DNA from: Pseudomonadota bacterium
Lineage (GTDB): Bacteria > Bdellovibrionota_C > UBA2361 > OMII01
Direction of reading: 5' to 3'
Length of the DNA stretch: 64,000 bases
NCBI GenBank assembly: GCA_038134595.1
Contig: JAYPVM010000004.1
Location: 37,573 to 101,572 of the forward strand
The position numbers were made by a program, and so were the translations under genes. Within the stretch, counting starts at the first letter, position 1, and the number at the start of each line of letters is the position of its first letter. This document shows, piece by piece, positions 9,781 through 19,356 of the stretch. A model generated the notes under the pieces. The model saw nothing but the letters and a program-made list of their open reading frames with translations. It was not told the DNA's origin and did not search any database.

Positions 9781-10683
9781 ATGAAGCACGTAGTTGGAGC
9801 GATTGAGGCTGGCGGAACAAAGTTTAACTGTGCCGTGGTGACGGAGCAGAGGGAGGTTCTTGCGGAAGCACGTATTGCCACCACGACTCCAGAGCAAACT
9901 CTACGAGAGGCTCGTGCCTTTTTTGAATCCTCTTTCCACGCGCTATCAGCGTTGGGAATTAGTTGCTTTGGTCCGATTGATCTGGACATCTCTTCGCCTA
10001 CCTATGGTTACATCACTGAAACTCCCAAGTCGGGTTGGCGGAATACAGATGTCATTGGAGCATTCAAGCAGATGGATATTCCTGTCGCCTTTGACACCGA
10101 TGTAAATGGCGCTGCATTTGGAGAACATAAGTTTGGTGCTGCACAAGACCTTCATACCTTTGCTTACTATACCATTGGGACAGGCATAGGTGGAGGTGGC
10201 ATGTTTGCCGGTCAGTTATTACACGGTTTGACGCATCCGGAGATGGGACATGTTTTCTTGCCCCAACGAGATGATGATAGGTCGTTTGAGGGGATCTGTC
10301 CTTATCATGCAGGATGCCTTGAGGGATTGGCATCAGGGCCAGCATTGCAGAAACGGTGGGGAACTACCGCGGAAAATTTGCCTGAAGATCATCCAGCATG
10401 GGATTTAGAGGCACATTATATTGCACTAGCATTGGTCAATACGATTTGCACCATATCGCCACAGCGAATAATTCTTGGCGGAGGAGTTATGAGCCAAGGT
10501 GTTCTATTCCCGTTGGTGCGTCAGAAAGTATTGAGTCTCCTAAATGGCTATATCCATCATCCTACGTTGGTACAGGAGATGAATTCATTTATCGTTCCAC
10601 CAGCCCTTGAGAATCGCTCAGCGATTTTTGGTGCGGCAGCAATGGCGCTTACGAGTACCGATTGCGATAAACGATTTCTCTAG
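9781..10683 (+). CDS. ROK-family sugar kinase (fructokinase-like)
   Basis: IEAGGTKF, DTDVNGAA, TIGTGIGGG, HPEMGH, CPYH.GCLEGLASG; likely start is ATG 9781. Confidence 0.9.
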   Translation: MKHVVGAIEAGGTKFNCAVVTEQREVLAEARIATTTPEQTLREARAFFESSFHALSALGISCFGPIDLDISSPTYGYITETPKSGWRNTDVIGAFKQMDIPVAFDTDVNGAAFGEHKFGAAQDLHTFAYYTIGTGIGGGGMFAGQLLHGLTHPEMGHVFLPQRDDDRSFEGICPYHAGCLEGLASGPALQKRWGTTAENLPEDHPAWDLEAHYIALALVNTICTISPQRIILGGGVMSQGVLFPLVRQKVLSLLNGYIHHPTLVQEMNSFIVPPALENRSAIFGAAAMALTSTDCDKRFL

Positions 10684-11789
10684 CTTGCACCAGCCAGTGT
10701 GCCACACGCTGCTGCGATATCCGACCCACCAGAGTATCGGCGCGCAATTGGTTGCTTCAAATAGAACGCCAGCGCATCTCTAAAAACTTGTAATTCCTGC
10801 CGAGTCGGGGGAGCGTACCGCTTGGTATTGTCTGTAACGTCAATTAGGTCGATTCTAACAGGAATATCGCCGATTAATTTTGCGAGTTCTTGAGCATCTT
10901 GTTCACTCACGTTTTCGCCGCTGATACAAACGTAGCTAAGATTAATTCTTGTTTTTCTGACTTTGGTGTATCGACGAGCCTCCTCGATAATATCTCTGAT
11001 TGGAAATTGTGCCGCGACTGGAACTAGTCGAGCTCGTTTCTTATCACACGCTGCGCCTAAACTGATAGAGAGGCGAAATGGAAGGTTCATGTCGGTAAAT
11101 TGCCGAATTCGTGGGAGGATTCCGACGGTGCTTATTGTGATTGCCTTTCCACTGATTGCATTTTGTAAGGGGTGCCGCATCCAATCTGCGGCCTGTATAA
11201 CTCGAGAAAAGTTAAGAAATGGCTCGCCCATACCCATGAATACCGCTCCCGTAATAGTGCGGCCCTGTTGCTGTGCGATACGACGAGCGTGTATGAGCTG
11301 ATCGATAATCTCCCACGCGTGAAGGTTTCTTCTGCTTGTCATACGAGCAGTAGCGCAGAATCTACATCCCATTGTACAACCTACCTGCGATGAGACGCAG
11401 ACACTTACGCTGTCTTTTTTGTGAAGAGGAATTAAGACTGTCTCTATTGATAGATCGTCATTGGTCTTCAATACCAATTTCTCAAAGCCATCTACCGATG
11501 AGCGAACGTGTTGGCTTACTGCGAGCGATAGGGGCGTGGCGATATGCGAGGCGAGTTGCTTTGGGAGCTGAGCTTCATATCTAATCGCTTCGGGATCGTA
11601 GATGCCTTTGCCGATTACAGCGCTTGCCCATCGCCGCGCTGTACTAGAAGAGATGCCCCGTTGAAGAGCTTGAGCATAAAAATCATTTGGAGGAAGGTTC
11701 CTGGGGTCAAGCGAATCCATTGACGAAAAACTGCTTTCGTATGGATGGGGTATTGTTATAGTTCGGAGGATGTTGTTATCTGTTGCCAT
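10680..11789 (-). CDS. RlmN/Cfr-family radical SAM RNA methyltransferase (divergent)
   Basis: IETV, CVSSQVGCTMGCRFCAT (CxxxCxxC), FMGMGEPFLN, ISTVG, DIAAACG; likely start 11789 (ORF extends to 11867). Confidence 0.85.
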   Translation of the reverse strand: MATDNNILRTITIPHPYESSFSSMDSLDPRNLPPNDFYAQALQRGISSSTARRWASAVIGKGIYDPEAIRYEAQLPKQLASHIATPLSLAVSQHVRSSVDGFEKLVLKTNDDLSIETVLIPLHKKDSVSVCVSSQVGCTMGCRFCATARMTSRRNLHAWEIIDQLIHARRIAQQQGRTITGAVFMGMGEPFLNFSRVIQAADWMRHPLQNAISGKAITISTVGILPRIRQFTDMNLPFRLSISLGAACDKKRARLVPVAAQFPIRDIIEEARRYTKVRKTRINLSYVCISGENVSEQDAQELAKLIGDIPVRIDLIDVTDNTKRYAPPTRQELQVFRDALAFYLKQPIARRYSGGSDIAAACGTLAGAS

Positions 11790-11891
11790 AAAAAATCTTG
11801 GGGGAAGTTTGACAGAAAATGGCTGAAAAGAGCAAATATGTTGCAATGACCTTTTTTTCGCAGTCATGATAGCAGAAACGGGAGATAAGAC

Positions 11892-12278
11892 ATGAGTTCT
11901 CAGATAGTTACAAAGTCAGTTGAAGTCGTTTGTGGACAAGAACGAAAAGGTGGCACAATTGCGGTAACCGAATTTGATTCAAAAGAACGGAGCAAACGAG
12001 CGGCTAAGATTGGAATGATATGTCTTGTAAGTCTTGGGATAAGTGTTTTTATTCCGGGCGCTCATTTTGTGCTTGTGCCACTGCTGATTGTTGTAACTCC
12101 GTTTTTGATATTTCGTGCGTATAATGTTGGCAGTGCGATTACCGATATGTCGATTGTGTGTGCACAGTGTGGTGGAGAGGTGAGCGCTGTTTCAACAAGA
12201 GAGCGATATCCTCTCTATGAGACGTGCGTTGTGTGCCATCGTGAAAATCGCATAGTCCTTTCTCCTGTCTCGAATTAG
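11892..12278 (+). CDS. Hypothetical membrane protein with C-terminal zinc ribbon
   Basis: GGGAG RBS; two TM helices (IPGAHF between them) followed by CAQC...CVVC. Confidence 0.7.
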   Translation: MSSQIVTKSVEVVCGQERKGGTIAVTEFDSKERSKRAAKIGMICLVSLGISVFIPGAHFVLVPLLIVVTPFLIFRAYNVGSAITDMSIVCAQCGGEVSAVSTRERYPLYETCVVCHRENRIVLSPVSN

Positions 12279-12457
12279 GATAAGCCTGCGTTAGCGAGTT
12301 TATCTGGCTGACGAGGCATAAAGGAACATGATTACTCGTTTGTTATCTCCGTAATTACTGTGACCTTACTCATGGGAGTTCCTCTGAGGACTCTTTACTA
12401 TCGTTTTTGTGTTTCCTTGGGGATAAACCCTAAGGTCAGAGAAAAACGGAGGACACA

Positions 12458-12991
12458 ATGTTTCGAAGTAATTATCCATTACGTAGTAGTCGTTTATTTG
12501 GAGAGGATTTGCCTGCTGCACCACGGTCGTTGCAGAAGGCAATTGATTCAGTTCTACAAGATATGTGGGAGCCCTATTTTACATCGAGTAAGTTTACTTT
12601 TACTCCGCAGATTGATGTCGAAGAGGATGAAAAGCAGGTTCGTATCGTAGCAGAACTTCCTGGGATGCAAGAGCAGGATATTGAGATTGTGTATGAGCCA
12701 GGCTCACTCGTCCTTCGAGGAGAAAAGAAAGAAGAGGAACATCTTGAATACCCGCGCGGTAGAGGTCGATACGATGAGCGCAGGTACGGTGCGTTTGAAC
12801 GTCGGATACCACTTCGTGCTGAGGTAGAAGAAGAAGAAATTCAAGCCAATTTTGACCGTGGAGTTCTGATTATTACATTACCAAAGACAGAGGAAGTACG
12901 AGCGCAGGCGAAAAAGATCCCTGTACAACTTGGGAAGTCACAGGGACAGATCGAATCGAGCCGCTCTCGACAATCGAGTGCAACGCACTAG
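12458..12991 (+). CDS. Hsp20/alpha-crystallin small heat shock protein
   Basis: PQIDVEE, AELPGM, LRGEK, ERRYGAFERRIPL, ANFDRGVLIITLPK; GGAGG RBS. Confidence 0.93.
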   Translation: MFRSNYPLRSSRLFGEDLPAAPRSLQKAIDSVLQDMWEPYFTSSKFTFTPQIDVEEDEKQVRIVAELPGMQEQDIEIVYEPGSLVLRGEKKEEEHLEYPRGRGRYDERRYGAFERRIPLRAEVEEEEIQANFDRGVLIITLPKTEEVRAQAKKIPVQLGKSQGQIESSRSRQSSATH

Positions 12992-13037
12992 AATAGAAAC
13001 ATTCACGACAGATTTTCGTTGCTTTGTAACGTCGTGA

Positions 13038-13106
13038 CCACTATTACCAGAGGTAGTTCTCCGGGAACTCTCGAAAAAATTTGGGAGCCGGAGAACTTTT
13101 TAGTGG
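13038..13106. terminator. Long hairpin between the convergent hsp20 and AI-2E genes, probable terminator
   Basis: agttctccgg/ccggagaact is a perfect 10 bp stem with an inner ctctcgaa/tttgggag stem, a following T run and outer ccacta/tagtgg pairing. Confidence 0.6.
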
Positions 13107-13211
13107 GCAAGAATCTACCATGAAAGAAATATGTGGATTGCTGTCCTGTGTGACATAAAAGTAAGGGTCGCCTGATTATGAAAATGGCATCTCTCTCGCC
13201 AAACTGGCCCT

Positions 13212-14258
13212 CTAGGTTCGTTTCCGCCATATCCATAGTAAGCGCTCTGAAGTAGCTAGCACGATTGGCCCGAGGATTACTCCAGACGCACCTACAGTTA
13301 ACATGCCTCCAAAGAGAAAGAGGAAAAGTATCAGCGGATGATAGTGAATTTTTTTTCCGACTAGCCAAGGATAAATGATATTGTCAGAGAGTCCAATAAT
13401 GATACTGCCCCAACCGATTGCGAACACTCCGCGGATCCAACTTCCCTGAAGTAGAAGAAATATAGCCAGAGGAAGCCACACTATAAAGGTTCCCAGGTAG
13501 GGAACGAGAGCAAGAAGAGTCATAATGACCGTCCAGATAAGGATATTGTGAATCTCCAACCACCAGAGGAGTGCGGCACCTAAAGCCCCTTGTAGGAGAG
13601 CAATGGCAATTATACCAAAGATAACGCCATGTATAGTGTCAAGAATTCGTCGTAACACTGCGTCGGTTTCACGTGCAGAAAGGGGTATGAGAGACCGAAG
13701 CCCACGCAAGAAAGCAGAGCCGTCTCGAAGCGAAAAAAATACCACGGCTAAGGTAAGGAGTGTGTTGAAGATGCTTTTGATTGAGGAGCGGACGATATGT
13801 TGCGCCTGATTTTCCATAAAAAGAGAGATTTTCGTGAGGATAGCATCGAGAGGGAGGATGTGGAGCGCGCGCTCGGCGAAAGACGTTGTCTCCGGATGGT
13901 TCTTTAGAAAGTTGTTCCAAAGGGATTCAACTGACGCTGGACTCACTGAGCGCAATCCCTCTATTGCAGTTGATATAAGGAGATGAGTCGCCCATACAGT
14001 TGGAATGATAACGCCGATTCCCAATACAAACGTAAAGATCAGAGAGACAGTAGTTCGGTTGGGCGCACGTCGAAGAATCCGACGGTAGAGTGGTTGTATT
14101 GTTATGGCAAGGGCAATGCCCCATGTGATCGGAGCGATAAATTTGTAGAGAATGATAGCCGATCCTGTGAGTGTGCAGGTGGTAATCAATGCAAGAGCCC
14201 ATTGCCTAAACCACGTGAGGGGAAGGAGGTCATGTGAATTAGAGGAGTTTTTTGCCAT
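13212..14258 (-). CDS. AI-2E family (PerM/TqsA) transporter
   Basis: Multi-TM 348 aa; FFSLRDG, LLQG, LVPYLGT, DNIIYP, HPL, GVILGP. Confidence 0.9.
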   Translation of the reverse strand: MAKNSSNSHDLLPLTWFRQWALALITTCTLTGSAIILYKFIAPITWGIALAITIQPLYRRILRRAPNRTTVSLIFTFVLGIGVIIPTVWATHLLISTAIEGLRSVSPASVESLWNNFLKNHPETTSFAERALHILPLDAILTKISLFMENQAQHIVRSSIKSIFNTLLTLAVVFFSLRDGSAFLRGLRSLIPLSARETDAVLRRILDTIHGVIFGIIAIALLQGALGAALLWWLEIHNILIWTVIMTLLALVPYLGTFIVWLPLAIFLLLQGSWIRGVFAIGWGSIIIGLSDNIIYPWLVGKKIHYHPLILFLFLFGGMLTVGASGVILGPIVLATSERLLWIWRKRT

Positions 14259-14273
14259 GACTAGTGTAGAAAC

Positions 14274-14308
14274 AAAAAAACCTGGATGCAGATTAACTGC
14301 ATCCAGGT
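14274..14308 (-). terminator. Intrinsic terminator 15 nt upstream of the AI-2E start codon
   Basis: Perfect 11 bp stem cctggatgcag/ctgcatccagg followed by T7 on the minus strand. Confidence 0.8.
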
Positions 14309-14505
14309 CCGCGACGTTGTTTATGCGACATGAGCGCCCAAATGCCTTAAAGACTCCTTTCGTGAGTTACCTTTAAGGGAGATGAGCACCAAGGGGTCTG
14401 AAAACTATTGCTCTCAGTCTTTGGTATGAGAGGGGTCTCCCCCACCATTTTTCACGTCTCCCGGTTCATCGCAAGCGCTTTGTGCTTGTGTATGCCGGTT
14501 ACATA

Positions 14506-14522
14506 AGCAACGTACAAACCAA
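14506..14522 (-). promoter_or_regulatory. Putative sigma54 (-24/-12) promoter
   Basis: Minus strand reads TTGGTTTGTACGTTGCT, i.e. GG-N10-GC with TTGC; the -24 box deviates from TGGCAC. Confidence 0.4.
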
Positions 14523-14618
14523 TAGTAGCAGTGCGTCTACGAAGGTGCGCTGACGGCGGACAGCCTATAAGAGGATCCTAAAAAGAACTGATGATGCCGA
14601 CCAGAGGGTCGAGACGGC

Positions 14619-15509
14619 TTACGACAATTTTCCTGCAGCCGCGTACACTCGCTCCGGAGGAGTTCGAAGGTTCCAAACCAATCCGAACCAAGAGAGAACA
14701 ACAAGAATGTAATGTGAAATATCTATCTCCCACCAGTAAAATCCCTGCCGCTCTGAGCCTGGATAGTAGTGGTGGTTGTTGTGCCATCCCTCACCTAAAG
14801 TGATCAACGCAAGAAACCAATGATTCTTACTGCAATCGGTGGATGGAAATCGACGCTTGCCGATAAGGTGGGTAAAAGAGTTAATACAAAACGTGCCGTG
14901 ATACAAAAGAACAGTGCTAATAAAAAATCCCCACGTGAGCATTTGCAAGCCATTTGTTTCCAAAGAGGGGTAAGCATACTCAAGCCATACACCGAGGAAA
15001 AAGCAAGCCGCCCCCAGTAAAATAGGAGGCACGACGTTGAATCGCTCCAGAAGTTTTAATTCAGGAAATTTCACTAGGTCTTTTACGAGCTCAAGACGGG
15101 GCTCAAGAAATTGAGAGCTAAGCACCCAGCCAACATGTGCAAAGTAAATTCCATGGACGATCGGAGAATGAATGTCTTCGGGAGTATCGGAGTGTCGATG
15201 GTGGTGCCGATGGTGAGACGCCCACCAGATGGGACCTTTTTGTGCCGCGGTGGTTCCGAGGAATGCCAATAGAAACTGAAAGACTCGACTTGTCTCATAC
15301 GAACGATGAGAAAAGTATCGGTGATAGACGCCGGTAATTGCAAACATGCGGATAACGTAAAGCGCAAGACATACCGCCACAGCGACCCAGCTAATCCCCA
15401 CCCAGAGAGCACTCAAGCATGCAAGGTGAACAGCCCAGAAAACACCTTGCTTAAAGATGTTCATGAATGAGAAATTTTCTTTCGAGGTGTCGACATCTGC
15501 GTGATACAT
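14619..15509 (-). CDS. Delta-9 acyl-CoA/acyl-lipid fatty acid desaturase
   Basis: His boxes HRYFSH, HRHHH and GEGWHNNHH. Confidence 0.92.
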   Translation of the reverse strand: MYHADVDTSKENFSFMNIFKQGVFWAVHLACLSALWVGISWVAVAVCLALYVIRMFAITGVYHRYFSHRSYETSRVFQFLLAFLGTTAAQKGPIWWASHHRHHHRHSDTPEDIHSPIVHGIYFAHVGWVLSSQFLEPRLELVKDLVKFPELKLLERFNVVPPILLGAACFFLGVWLEYAYPSLETNGLQMLTWGFFISTVLLYHGTFCINSFTHLIGKRRFPSTDCSKNHWFLALITLGEGWHNNHHYYPGSERQGFYWWEIDISHYILVVLSWFGLVWNLRTPPERVYAAAGKLS

Positions 15510-15770
15510 ACCGATTGTTCCTTGTCACAAATAACCGCCTGAAATTGTGCCACGTTCCTCGATATTGAACAAGTAAACTGGTTAAGGTGTTGAGAGTGTT
15601 CAACATCAATCGGTGGGGCTTGTGTGACTAGAGGTTTTTAAAAGCCCTGGTATCTACAGAAATAAGAGCGATGAATAATGGATCTAACGTGAACGGGTGG
15701 CACATAACCCTGCGCATGGGGCCGCTCTTGCGCCACTGTTCTCTATAAACCACATTCTTGTATGGTGCGC

Positions 15771-16157
15771 CTATGCAACTTCGGGGATGGGCAATTTCTT
15801 TGCTCTCATCCAGAGGCTCTCGATGTCATAGAACTCTCTTACAGGTTCGTAAAAGATGTGAACTACAATATCTCCACAGTCGACTAAGACCCATTGCCCC
15901 TCTTCATACCCTTCAACTGATGAAGGCTTGTGACCGCTCTTGCACAATTCTTCTATGACTCTATTGGTAATGCCCTGAACCTGCCTATCCGAGCGGCCCG
16001 ACACAACCACGAAGTAATCTGCAAAATCAGAGATCGAATGTACATCAAGTACTGTGATGTTTTGACCCTTGACTTCTTCACATGCATGAACGACCCGTTT
16101 TACGAGACCTAGCGAGTCGTTATCTTCCCGAACAATCAGCGCGAGATTCTTTCTCAT
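15771..16157 (-). CDS. rsfS: Ribosome silencing factor RsfS
   Basis: KGQNITVLDV, DYFVVVSG, WVLVDCGDIVVHIF, REFYDIESLW. Confidence 0.95.
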   Translation of the reverse strand: MRKNLALIVREDNDSLGLVKRVVHACEEVKGQNITVLDVHSISDFADYFVVVSGRSDRQVQGITNRVIEELCKSGHKPSSVEGYEEGQWVLVDCGDIVVHIFYEPVREFYDIESLWMRAKKLPIPEVA

Positions 16158-16561
16158 ATGGTGTGGTGTCCTCCATTATATTTATAAGGTGTATTTGTTT
16201 GATTGCTTTTAAATGAGAGCTCGAAAGGGTTGAGAGGGGTGATAGGTGATTGTGCGATATAGAGAGTCTTTTGCAACGCATCGAGACGTGTAGGCCAGAA
16301 GGTGCCAACGGTTGTCTGAAATCCAATGCTGTGGTTTCTGGTGTTTATAGGCAGTCTCCTAAAATCCTCTATCCTTCTTTAATGATACCATAGTGCCCAG
16401 AATCCAACAAAGAGAATTGAGTAGTGGTGTGAAATTAAGGGGTTGAATGGGCTATAAGAGCCTTGTGATGGGCGGTTAAACAACGCCATACATGCCCTGT
16501 GTGAGAATAAACCGATGCTGTAAGTAAGCTCTAAGGTTTACTCATAGGAGGTCTTTGTGTC

Positions 16562-17074
16562 TTAGGTAATCGTTGCTCGTTTTAACGGATTAAGGTGCCC
16601 ATTCCGTGTGTCTTCGCCACGACATATCCGAGTCTGCGAAATCCATCGTGCGGCAACCCAATATCCAACAGGTATAGTAAAGAAGCGGGTCTTTGGGGGT
16701 GCGATATCTAGAATGGCATACAAAAGACTCTCGCTTAAGACGCTAAATACGCTTGCGCCAACGATTAAGATAGGGGCGATAAACCAATAGTTTTTCCAAA
16801 AATATGCGCTCGAGCGAAATAGGACGATATACGACACAAACACGTGTGTAATACCAAACAAGCCAAATGCAGGAAGCATGGTAATGACTAGATAGAGGCC
16901 GAGGCTCGTTTGGTAAGAGAAGAAATTTTGAACGAATGTAATATCAAGCTCTCCACGGACTAGTGAATCGGTAAGTGTGATTGCGATACCTATCGCCGCG
17001 CAGGCGCCAAATGAAGCGAGCAGAATTAAAGCAAGAGCTTTTAATGGAATGGTGATAAAAGAACGAACCTGCAT
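16562..17074 (-). CDS. Hypothetical membrane protein
   Basis: About 4 hydrophobic segments; ATG 17074 follows GGAGG (ORF extends to 17122). Confidence 0.55.
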   Translation of the reverse strand: MQVRSFITIPLKALALILLASFGACAAIGIAITLTDSLVRGELDITFVQNFFSYQTSLGLYLVITMLPAFGLFGITHVFVSYIVLFRSSAYFWKNYWFIAPILIVGASVFSVLSESLLYAILDIAPPKTRFFTIPVGYWVAARWISQTRICRGEDTRNGHLNPLKRATIT

Positions 17075-17242
17075 AGACCTCCGATTTAGGGGTTGGCGGC
17101 GGGCGTTTTTGCCCCGCGCCACGAGCTGTCAAACTCACAGAGGTATCTCCCCGGTGAGCTAATGAGGTAATCGAACTGGTGATGTAAAAGTTTCGTGTCG
17201 AAGCCGAATTGAAGGAAATTAAATCAAGTAAGTACCGGTTTT

Positions 17243-17782
17243 TTACCGTGAACAGCTCGAGGCTGAACGATTGTTCCACGGCATCCTAGCTAGAAGCATT
17301 CCCATCCCACAGGTGTCAGTAACTCCAGCAAAGATAAGTCCTGCTCCGACAAATCCCGAGATGACATAGCCAATCGGATGTACGAGAGAGCCAAGAATAA
17401 CACCAAATAGTACTAATGTGCCTGCCGCTATTCGAACTTGTCGTTCGAGAGAGATAGTCTTTCTTCCGTTTATTGTGGGTAGGCCAGCGGCCTGCCACGC
17501 AGTTATTCCACCCTCAAGAACCACCGCGTTAGAGACGCCAGCTTGCACTAGCTTCTCGTATGCTTGAGAGGCGCGACCTCCTGAGCGACAAACAACGATA
17601 CATCGAGATGATTGCGCACTTAAGGTCTTTATCTCTTCGGTCGAGAGCGTTTGCAGGGGCCGTAGTACAGCACCGTTAATATGCGATTCTTCAAATTCTG
17701 CCGGGGTTCGTACGTCTAGCAAAAGTGATTCGCGGGAGTGTTCAAGGGCTTCTTGTGGTGAGATAGTTTGTGGTGCATTCAT
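17243..17782 (-). CDS. Rhodanese domain + DUF2892 membrane protein (YgaP-like)
   Basis: LLDVRTPAEF..SHI.GA, CRSGGRA active loop, then LERQVRIAAG...AGVTDTCGM...MPWN. Confidence 0.9.
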   Translation of the reverse strand: MNAPQTISPQEALEHSRESLLLDVRTPAEFEESHINGAVLRPLQTLSTEEIKTLSAQSSRCIVVCRSGGRASQAYEKLVQAGVSNAVVLEGGITAWQAAGLPTINGRKTISLERQVRIAAGTLVLFGVILGSLVHPIGYVISGFVGAGLIFAGVTDTCGMGMLLARMPWNNRSASSCSR

Positions 17783-17825
17783 TGTAGTTTCCTAGCATAG
17801 CGTTATGCGAGTTTTATATTTTGAT

Positions 17826-18758
17826 TTACGCTACGGCCTCTTTTAGCTGGCTTTCCATTATAAATTTCTCGACAGCTTCTAGGGGTATGACTGGCATCCC
17901 CCCAGCATACGTTGCATGCATTGCGCCGGTAATGTTGCCAAACTGGCAGCATTCTTCGAGCGGTGCGCCACTAAGAAATTTGTAGGTAAATCCCGCTGAA
18001 AAAGCGTCACCGGAGCCGATTGTGTCAACCACAGAGACCGGTATGCCGGGAACAGTAACACTTCCAGTCGATGTATCCACTGCCAGAACGCCCTTTTCGC
18101 CGAGGGTAATCAGAATTGTGTCGATCCGAAAGTGTTTCATGATGATTTCAGAGAAGGCTTCTGGTTCGGTTGTCTCAATTTCTAGAAGACTAGCCACCAT
18201 ATCAACTTCACTTTGATTAAGTTTGAGAATGTTGGTGAGCTCTAGTGAGCGATGGATCGTCTCCTTTGTATAGCAGTTTCGTCGCAGATTGATATCCAGA
18301 AACTTCGTGGCTTGAGAAGCGGTATCGAGCAACGTGTATATCGTCGAACGTCCTTTGTCCGTTCGTTGAGCTAACGTCCCGAAGCAAACAAAAGAAGCCT
18401 CTTTTGCGGCTGTTTCTAGAGTGGTAGTCCACTCTAAATTATCATAGGCAACGTCTGGATTGATCGTAAAACTTGGGTTTCCATCTGAGGTAAGTTTGAC
18501 ATCTACTGTGCCGGTTGGGGTGTCTGTGTCTCTTTGCAGGAGAGAGAGATCAAAATTAAGTTCTGTTAAGCCGTCGATTAGCTCCTGACCGAGCACATCC
18601 TCTCCGATTCTGCTAACCATCAGAGCTGGAACGCCTAACTGGCGTAACCGGAAACAGTAGTTAGCTGGTGCCCCGCCCAACAGTTTTCCGCTTGGGAGCA
18701 TGTCCCAAAGTAGTTCTCCGAGTGCAAGTACCTTGCCGCAGTTAATCTCAGATTGCAT
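17826..18758 (-). CDS. PfkB-family carbohydrate kinase
   Basis: GELLWD, GGAPAN, DINLR, KLNQSE, VDTIGSGDAFSAG; GGAGG RBS before ATG 18758. Confidence 0.92.
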   Translation of the reverse strand: MQSEINCGKVLALGELLWDMLPSGKLLGGAPANYCFRLRQLGVPALMVSRIGEDVLGQELIDGLTELNFDLSLLQRDTDTPTGTVDVKLTSDGNPSFTINPDVAYDNLEWTTTLETAAKEASFVCFGTLAQRTDKGRSTIYTLLDTASQATKFLDINLRRNCYTKETIHRSLELTNILKLNQSEVDMVASLLEIETTEPEAFSEIIMKHFRIDTILITLGEKGVLAVDTSTGSVTVPGIPVSVVDTIGSGDAFSAGFTYKFLSGAPLEECCQFGNITGAMHATYAGGMPVIPLEAVEKFIMESQLKEAVA

Positions 18759-19356
18759 TGCGCGAGCCTCCATAATAGTTACGTTCACAAAACTTTCTTA
18801 ACCTATTTTTTGTTGTAGGTATAGACCGACCACCATTGTTTACCCGCAAAATCAGTGTTTCCCAATGAGAAGTGTGCGCCATCGGAGGAAAGGAGTGTTC
18901 GTCTTTAATTGTTGAGTTAGGGGGATAATATGTTGCTATTTATAGCAATTTTTGTATTAGTGGAGGAGCTTTAAATAGTACTTTGTTCCTTCGCGTTGAT
19001 GGCGTATTCTTTGGTCAGTTGACATCGCAAAGTCTCGTTGATAGTCTTTCGCTCGTTGATAGGAAACGCTTTTATTGTTTCCAATTGCTTATATTTAGTT
19101 CGTTAAATCGCACCCAGCATAGGGACAAAGCTTTTCGCATGATTCTTCTGGGAATGTGGCAATTTTTTTGGTTGCCATAGTTGCGTCACAACGTTGGCCC
19201 TGCTTTTCTTAAGGGTCTTATTGAAGCGTATTACTGCTCAAGTTTAAAAGGGGCGCCCTTGTCTGCCTCATGGTGTGTTTGTGACGCGCATGATAGGCAA
19301 GAGTCTCTTTTTTGTTTGTTTTGTCCTTAGATGAGCAGTTTTTCGGAATATCAAAT

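Noticed and set aside
14280..14445. TPP riboswitch (minus strand GGGG...CTGAGAG...GACCCC and ACCTGGATGCAGTTAAT)
   Set aside because: About 80 nt separate the P2-like and P4/P5-like parts, and the latter is a perfect terminator hairpin; it cannot be called without a covariance-model hit
15578..15610. Palindrome tgttga-gagtgt-tcaaca upstream of the desaturase as a FabR/DesT-type operator
   Set aside because: Short, matches the known consensus poorly, and no cognate regulator is nearby
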